The notes under the pieces were generated by a model. The model saw only the letters and a list, made by a program, of their open reading frames with translations, was not told the DNA's origin and ran no database searches. Of a stretch of 64,000 bases of DNA, positions 57,888 through 64,000 are shown one piece after another; positions within the stretch are counted from its first letter, which is position 1; each line of letters starts with the position of its first letter. Both the position numbers and the translations under genes were made by a program. This stretch comes from Oceanispirochaeta sp. (lineage in GTDB: Bacteria > Spirochaetota > Spirochaetia > DSM-2461), in the NCBI GenBank assembly GCA_963666275.2, contig CAXXOA010000001.1, positions 864,001-928,000 of the forward strand. Reading direction: 5' to 3'.

Positions 57888-60005
57888 TTGAAACGCATTT
57901 TTCTGATACTTGTATGCCTGTTTTCAGCTGTCCTCCAGGCTGAACAGGCGTATTCAGTACTGTATATATCATCCTACGATTCCTCTTTTCCCACTTATCC
58001 CCTTCAGTCTGAAGGATTAAACGATGTATTCAGTCAAAGCGACTACACCATCGAAATGCATACGGAGTTCCTGGATTCAAAACGTTACTCCTATGAGGAA
58101 ATGAAGCGGATCCTGTACGGTAAACTCTCATTCAAGACCCGTATAACCGGTTCGTATGATTATGTTATTACCGCAGATGACAATGCTCTCATTTTTGCCC
58201 TGGAATATCAGGAAGAGCTCTTTCCCGGCATTCCCATTGTTTTTTTCGGAGTGAATAACCAGGATCTGGCCAGGCAGCAGAATTCCAATCCCCATGTAAC
58301 GGGATTCCCCGAAAAAATCTCCTTTAAGGAAACTGTTGACCTTATAAAAACGCTCATACCGGATCTCCGGAATATCCATATCATTTATGACGAAACCAGC
58401 AGCGGGTCCGCAGATTTTTTTGCCGCCCGGGAGTATCAGAGACAGATCCGGTCCATACCACTGGAGTATATCTCTCTGGGTAACCTTTCATTTGATGAGT
58501 TCGCGGCGGAACTGGAAAATCTGCAGCCGGATCAGCCTCTCATCCTCCTTTCAGCCTACAGAGACCGTCTGGACAGGACTCTGAGTTTTAATGAAAGTGT
58601 CAAACTGATAAGCAGTCACAGCAACGCCCCTGTATTCCATCTCTGGAGGCATGGGATCGGTAAAGGCCTTCTTGGCGGTTATGTGGTGGATCACAGATTT
58701 TATGCCGAACTGAGCGCCCGTCTGGTTCTGGATCTTATTCAGGGCGCGGATATTGCCGGAATACCTGTGTCCGAGGTCTCCCGGAACAGACCTCTCATCG
58801 ATTACAGGGTCCTGCAGAAATTCAACCTGGACAGAAGGCGTCTTCCCGAAGAGACGGTTCTTCTGAACCATGCTCCCCTGATTGATGAGAAATCACTTTC
58901 TATTATTATTATCCTGCTTGCCATTATCCTGGCTCTGACAGCTCTGATCCTCGTTATCCTGAGGTACCAGAAACTTCTTAAGAGCACGGAAAAGCGCTAT
59001 AGAGCCCTTTTCAATGAAAACAGAGTTCCCATCATCATTACAGATCCCCGGAACAGCAGTATCCTCTCCTGCAATGAGGCGGCAGAGGAACTGTACCGGG
59101 TCTCCCGGTACAGAAGTCTGGAAGAGATGAACCTGGACAATCATCCTGTGATCAATTACGACAGGGGAGATAAAAGCTATACGGTTATGACATTCTGTGA
59201 TGCCTCTGAGCAGCTCCGGTCGGTGGAAGTCATCTCCAATGAGTTTGAGCAGGAAACAGTCAGTTATCAGATTAATATGATTCACGACATTTCCGACAAG
59301 GAAGATCTTCTGAATCAGCTGAACAGGGCTGTTAAAATGGAAGCTATCGGCAAGGTGGCCAGCAGCTTCGCCCATGACTTCAATAACTACCTTCAGGGAA
59401 TTATCGGGTATATGGAACTTGTTCTGCAGAATCTGGATCCCGGGGATGAAAAAATCCGAGGGTATATGAATAAGAGTCTCTCTCTGGCTGCTTCATCATC
59501 GGAACTGGCAGGGAAACTTCTGTCCATTTCCCGTCAGAAGGAGATGGTTTTTGCCCCTGTAAATGTCAATCACATCCTGAAAGATGTTGTGGATTTCCTT
59601 TCCCATTCGGTCCGTAAAACAATTCCAGTTGTCTTTTCAACCCCCGAAGTGGAGTACTTCGCCCATGGCAACGAGGGAGATCTTCAGAATGCTCTGATCA
59701 ATCTGGGTCTGAATGCTGCAGATGCCATTGACGAGAGAGGGACCATCGAGTACAGGGTTAAATCGGATCCCGTATCGGATAAGGTGGAAATCGATATCAT
59801 CGATACGGGAAAGGGGATACCTGAAGGAGATCTGAACCGTATTTTTGATCCCTTTTACACGACCAAACCAAAAGGCGAAGGGACCGGACTGGGACTGCCT
59901 ACGGTCTACCAGATCATAGAACAGCATAGAGGCGATGTCCAGGTTCTCAGCAAAGTGGGCGAGGGGACCACTTTCAGAATATTCCTGCCCGCCATGAAGA
60001 ACTGA
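57888..60005 (+). CDS. Sensor histidine kinase with periplasmic ABC-SBP-like domain
   Basis: Signal peptide, EFLDSKR, PIVFFGVN, TM, PAS, AHDFNN and G-boxes; TTG start. Confidence 0.9.
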   Translation: MKRIFLILVCLFSAVLQAEQAYSVLYISSYDSSFPTYPLQSEGLNDVFSQSDYTIEMHTEFLDSKRYSYEEMKRILYGKLSFKTRITGSYDYVITADDNALIFALEYQEELFPGIPIVFFGVNNQDLARQQNSNPHVTGFPEKISFKETVDLIKTLIPDLRNIHIIYDETSSGSADFFAAREYQRQIRSIPLEYISLGNLSFDEFAAELENLQPDQPLILLSAYRDRLDRTLSFNESVKLISSHSNAPVFHLWRHGIGKGLLGGYVVDHRFYAELSARLVLDLIQGADIAGIPVSEVSRNRPLIDYRVLQKFNLDRRRLPEETVLLNHAPLIDEKSLSIIIILLAIILALTALILVILRYQKLLKSTEKRYRALFNENRVPIIITDPRNSSILSCNEAAEELYRVSRYRSLEEMNLDNHPVINYDRGDKSYTVMTFCDASEQLRSVEVISNEFEQETVSYQINMIHDISDKEDLLNQLNRAVKMEAIGKVASSFAHDFNNYLQGIIGYMELVLQNLDPGDEKIRGYMNKSLSLAASSSELAGKLLSISRQKEMVFAPVNVNHILKDVVDFLSHSVRKTIPVVFSTPEVEYFAHGNEGDLQNALINLGLNAADAIDERGTIEYRVKSDPVSDKVEIDIIDTGKGIPEGDLNRIFDPFYTTKPKGEGTGLGLPTVYQIIEQHRGDVQVLSKVGEGTTFRIFLPAMKN

Positions 60006-60103
60006 TAAAAGGGAAAAATCACTGGCTATCGGTCTCTTTTTTGTTCTAGAATAAAATAAGGATAGACAGAGTCGCTGGAATCTGAAACTGAAACAGGAAA
60101 CAT

Positions 60104-62377
60104 ATGGGTATTATTAGTATTATTACTCTTATCCTATACTGGGTATTGAGTATACTCTGGGCTTTTATTTTCGCATTTTACATCACGCGCCTGAGAAAGA
60201 AAAATATCCGGAATTCCATGTTTGTCATCCTTTTTACAGTTTTGAGCTTTGATGCGTTCCGGACCCTTTTCGAAAGCGTTTATTTCGGTCTCACTCAGGC
60301 CTCTCTCCGGGGAGTCATAGAAGAAAAATATTTCAGAGTCCTATATTCTTCCTGGGCCACTCTGATTCCCAAGGGGCTCAACCTTGCCGTTGCGATTACC
60401 GTCATTGTGATCCTTCTGAAAAAATGGGTTCCCCGTGAAAGTGAACGTCTCTGGCAGTACCGCAGTACCATTTCCTCTAATGATTTTCTTCTCAATCAGC
60501 TGCCTGTTTCTGTTATCATTACAGATCTGAACGGGAAGATTGAGTACGTAAACAGATACTGTACGGAGCTTACCGGGTATTCGGAGGAGGAACTTCTCGG
60601 CGCTTCGCCCGGGATCCTCAAAAACAGCCGGAGCAGAAGTACCGATTACAAAGAACTCTGGGAAACCATCTCTGCCGGGAAGGTCTGGAAAGGGCGCTTT
60701 CTCAATCAGAAAAAAGACGGGACTCTCTACTACGAAGATGCTGTGATTTCTCCTGTGTTCAATGATAACGGTGAAGCAACCAACTATCTGGGCATAAAAG
60801 AGGACATTACAGACTCTGTAGAGATGCAGAACTCCTATGAGAAAGTTCATACTGTGGTTGAGCAGACCTATGATTCGGTGGAGATCCTGGACCGGCAGGG
60901 AAATATAGAATATGTGAACAGAGCTTTTGTGAATACCACAGGCTATACAAAAGAGGAGGCTCTGGGAAAAAATCCGCTGGAGCTGTTCTGGGATGGAAAT
61001 ATGGAGAATAAAACCCTTCAGGAGGATCTTTGGAAAACAGTGAATCAGGGCATTCCCTGGACAGGCCGGTTTACCAACAGGATCAAGGACGGGAGTTATA
61101 TAACTGAAGAGCTGAGCACCTCTCCGGTGTTCAACAAAAGTGGAGAAATTATCAATTTTGCCACAGTGAAAAGGAATATTACAGAACAGATCAGAGCCGA
61201 AGAGGAGCAGAAACTGATCAAGGATCAGCTTTTCCATGCCCAGAAGGTGGAATCTGTGGGGCAGCTGGCAGGAGGTGTGGCCCATGACTTCAACAATATT
61301 CTCAGCAGCATAATTACGGCAGCCTCTCTCCTGGAGGATCCTTCACGAAACCTGGATGAGAAGAGCCGGAAATATGTGGATATGATCATGAAGTCGTCCT
61401 ATCGGGCTGCAGATCTCACAGGACGGCTGCTCAGTATCAGCCGGAGGGGAAGGTCAGAGGAAAAGCCTTTTTCCCTGCAGGACGTGGTAAAGGAAACGAT
61501 TAATCTTCTCCATTTTTCCATTGATAAGAAAATAAGCATCACTTCGGAAGTTAACATCAAAGATGATATTGTCTTCGGAGACCAGTCTGTCCTTCAGAGC
61601 TCTCTGCTGAATCTTGGGATCAATGCCAGTCATGCCGTGGGGGGGGATGGGAAGATTCATTTTACTCTGACCGGCCAGTATCTGGACTCCAAATACTGTA
61701 AAGCCAGTCCTTTTGCCATCTCTCCCGGAGAGTACTGCCGGCTTTCTGTCTCGGATAACGGCGAGGGCATTCCGGAGGAAAACATCTCTCAGATTTTCGA
61801 TCCCTTTTTTACGACTAAAGAGAGCGGCAAGGGAACAGGTCTGGGACTCTTTTCCGCCATAAATGCTGTGAAAGAGTTCAAAGGAGAGATTTCGGTTAAG
61901 AGCAGGGTCGGAGAGGGGACTGTTTTTACTATTTTCATTCCCCTTGCCCAATCTATCGAAAAGGGAGAGGCTCCCACTCCTGACTCCCTCAGGGGGAGTG
62001 AAACGATCCTGATTGTGGATGATGAGGAGTTCAACAGGAGCCTGGGAAAAGAGATTCTGGAATCTCTGGGATATACGGTGCTGCTGGCGGAGAACGGAGC
62101 GGAAGCTCTCACTCTATACGAAAAGTCTCATGATTCTATAGATCTGATAATTCTTGATATGAACATGCCTGTTATGGATGGCCGTGACGCCTATATAAAA
62201 ATTCATGAAATCAATGAAAACGCCAGAATCATTCTGGCTTCGGGTTATGCGGATGATAATAAACTGAAGGATCTGTTTGACCTGGGGCTGCAGGATTTCC
62301 TATCAAAGCCCTACAGGATTTCTGATTTCAGTTCTCTGATAAGAAAGGTTCTGGACCGGTCCATTATAACGGACTAA
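60104..62377 (+). CDS. Membrane PAS-PAS hybrid histidine kinase
   Basis: 3 TMs, two PAS/PAC domains, AHDFNN, HATPase and REC. Confidence 0.92.
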   Translation: MGIISIITLILYWVLSILWAFIFAFYITRLRKKNIRNSMFVILFTVLSFDAFRTLFESVYFGLTQASLRGVIEEKYFRVLYSSWATLIPKGLNLAVAITVIVILLKKWVPRESERLWQYRSTISSNDFLLNQLPVSVIITDLNGKIEYVNRYCTELTGYSEEELLGASPGILKNSRSRSTDYKELWETISAGKVWKGRFLNQKKDGTLYYEDAVISPVFNDNGEATNYLGIKEDITDSVEMQNSYEKVHTVVEQTYDSVEILDRQGNIEYVNRAFVNTTGYTKEEALGKNPLELFWDGNMENKTLQEDLWKTVNQGIPWTGRFTNRIKDGSYITEELSTSPVFNKSGEIINFATVKRNITEQIRAEEEQKLIKDQLFHAQKVESVGQLAGGVAHDFNNILSSIITAASLLEDPSRNLDEKSRKYVDMIMKSSYRAADLTGRLLSISRRGRSEEKPFSLQDVVKETINLLHFSIDKKISITSEVNIKDDIVFGDQSVLQSSLLNLGINASHAVGGDGKIHFTLTGQYLDSKYCKASPFAISPGEYCRLSVSDNGEGIPEENISQIFDPFFTTKESGKGTGLGLFSAINAVKEFKGEISVKSRVGEGTVFTIFIPLAQSIEKGEAPTPDSLRGSETILIVDDEEFNRSLGKEILESLGYTVLLAENGAEALTLYEKSHDSIDLIILDMNMPVMDGRDAYIKIHEINENARIILASGYADDNKLKDLFDLGLQDFLSKPYRISDFSSLIRKVLDRSIITD

Positions 62378-62946
62378 TACCCGGTTTCGGGTTTCAGCTT
62401 TTTATATAAGGGAAAGAGCAGAAGGACTGCAATACCCTTGTCTGCAATGTTAATCAGGATCCGTCCCAGAAAAGCTGCAGTAAAGAAATTCTGGCCGGCA
62501 ACAATAACAGCCCGGATTACCGAGTCAATCCGTTCGTCGGTAACTCCTCCGAAAAGGATATACACAATGACCGCACCGGAAAATGAGTTGACAAGAGTCA
62601 GCGTTAATATCAGCCAGAGTGCTCCAGAGGCTTTTGAAAGGGTCCCGTACCGGACATGGAGCCAGGTAACCAGAGCGGAAAGCATATTCACAAGGGCAAA
62701 GGGATAGAGGTAGCCGGGAAAGCCCCGCAGCACCTCAAGAGTCAGGTTTGTGAGCAATCCTGTCAGCAGCCCCGGGATCAGTCCCAGTAATCCCGCATTG
62801 AGGATCGTGAAAACCGAGTCTAGAAAAAAGGGAATTTTCAGCACAGTTGCAAGCCAGTTCAAAAAGCAGTTCATTAAAACTCCCAGGATCACTGCTGCTG
62901 CCTGAAAGGGAAGACTTCTGGTCTTTTGTAATATTTGGGCAAACAT
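62374..62946 (-). CDS. ECF S-component-like integral membrane protein
   Basis: IPFFLDSVFTI..GL..GLLTGLLTN and NIADK motifs; about 5-6 TMs. Confidence 0.65.
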   Translation of the reverse strand: MFAQILQKTRSLPFQAAAVILGVLMNCFLNWLATVLKIPFFLDSVFTILNAGLLGLIPGLLTGLLTNLTLEVLRGFPGYLYPFALVNMLSALVTWLHVRYGTLSKASGALWLILTLTLVNSFSGAVIVYILFGGVTDERIDSVIRAVIVAGQNFFTAAFLGRILINIADKGIAVLLLFPLYKKLKPETGY

Positions 62947-63003
62947 ACTTTTTTAAATCTTAATGGCACAGCCCGGAAAAATCCATAAATTTTTACTGAT
63001 AAA

Positions 63004-63999
63004 TTAGGAGCTTTCCAACATCTTCTCCAAACCTGTCCAGCCATACAGGGCACAGCCGCAGGCGGCTTCCTCCTGAAGATCCGATATAATCAGCTCAGAT
63101 TCAAAAAGCTTTTCTATCAGATGGCGTACCAGAGGGTTCTGTCTTATTCCGTTTCCCGACCCGACGATTCTTTTATTATAAAAGTCCCTATCAAGACCAT
63201 TCCGGGTCAGAAGGCTTTTCAGTTCATTCACCATGGCCTCTGCAAAACCATGCATCAGATTGTAGGGTGTCAGGTTATCAAGATCAATATTTTCTATGGC
63301 TCCCCTGATCTCGGGGTTCTCTCTGGTTCCGTTAAAATAGGGGAGTACCTTCAAAGGAGTAGGGGGAGGGGTGATCCTCTGAGAATCTATGATCCTGTAC
63401 ATCTCTTTCCTGGAAGGGTTAAATCCGAAGTAGCTGAGTACCTGGCTGAAAAAATCCACAAGCAGATCAAAGGATTTTCCTCCTGCCAGAGTGGAGCCTA
63501 CCACAAGGTTGCCATCCGGATAGGGACGTACTTCCAGACCCTTCAGTGAAGAAGGGATTTCCTGCATCAGGAGCGAGACCTGACCGCCTGTTCCCAGATT
63601 GACAAGAAGAGTTTCTTCCCTGTCCTTCATGGTACCATAAAAGCTGGCCTGGTTATCTCCCAGTGACTGAAAGACCGGGACTCCTTCCGGGTCTTTCCCC
63701 ATGGGGGAATAGAAGGGCACTCTATCCGGGAGGAAATCGGCATTTCCCCAGAGAGTTTGAAGGGCATCCAGTCTGAACTCTCTGGTGCTGATATCGTACA
63801 GCCCGAAAGAGGCGGCTTCACTGGGATCTATGGTGGCCCTGGAGCTGCCGCACATTTCCATTCCCAGATAGGTTCCGATGCTTACAATTTTCTCGGCCTG
63901 CTCCGGCACAAGGCTGTTCCGTGTATTGTAGTAGTGTGTGCAAAGGGCATAACCGGCAAAGATGGAGTACCCTGTTTTTTCCGATATTATATCTCTGGC
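63004..63999 (-). CDS. FGGY carbohydrate kinase, sedoheptulokinase-like (5' end outside the window)
   Basis: Frame open to the window edge; DPSEAASFG, LGDNQASF, VNLGTGGQ and GSGNGIRQN. Confidence 0.88.
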   Translation of the reverse strand, partial: ARDIISEKTGYSIFAGYALCTHYYNTRNSLVPEQAEKIVSIGTYLGMEMCGSSRATIDPSEAASFGLYDISTREFRLDALQTLWGNADFLPDRVPFYSPMGKDPEGVPVFQSLGDNQASFYGTMKDREETLLVNLGTGGQVSLLMQEIPSSLKGLEVRPYPDGNLVVGSTLAGGKSFDLLVDFFSQVLSYFGFNPSRKEMYRIIDSQRITPPPTPLKVLPYFNGTRENPEIRGAIENIDLDNLTPYNLMHGFAEAMVNELKSLLTRNGLDRDFYNKRIVGSGNGIRQNPLVRHLIEKLFESELIISDLQEEAACGCALYGWTGLEKMLESS

Positions 64000-64000
64000 G

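Noticed and set aside
1..64000. rRNA, tRNA, IS/transposase, prophage or anti-phage defence genes
   Set aside because: I recognised no supporting motifs by eye; tRNAscan, Rfam and DefenseFinder runs would be needed to exclude them formally.

Overview
This is a signal-transduction-rich bacterial chromosomal segment. The gene mix (PilZ-type protein, large cNMP-domain protein, lipoprotein SBPs) suggests a free-living anaerobic spirochaete; this is inference only. It encodes 5 histidine kinases, 3 chemoreceptor-type proteins (one an ammonium-transporter fusion), 4 GGDEF/EAL proteins, an ErcA/ErcS-like pair, sigma54-type Hsp20 genes, HtrA, a LarA-family enzyme and a partial FGGY kinase. Two regions stand out. 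(1) A ~16.5 kb AT-richer, integrase-free island (about 19075-35566) is inserted in recQ at the FGMGI codons, flanked by the direct repeat CGG(G/C)ATGGGGAT. It carries a decayed replacement 3' end from a different recQ, a Crp/Fnr regulator, and three copies of a 22-bp palindrome GTCTGTTCG-N4-CGAACAGAC, each exactly 18 bp upstream of a -10 hexamer heading one of the island's operons. Its cargo includes a GGDEF-PTS Enzyme I fusion, UPF0182 plus a hybrid kinase, and PRC-barrel/GT4/glycosidase genes. (2) A pyrrolysine-free MtmB-family methyltransferase is co-transcribed with a YkoEDC-like ECF transporter, behind a ~220-nt structured leader that has an SD-sequestering stem and an alternative pairing (candidate new riboswitch). 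Many host genes appear to be leaderless. I saw no rRNA, tRNA, CRISPR array or transposase. All functional calls come from motif recognition by eye, not from database searches.
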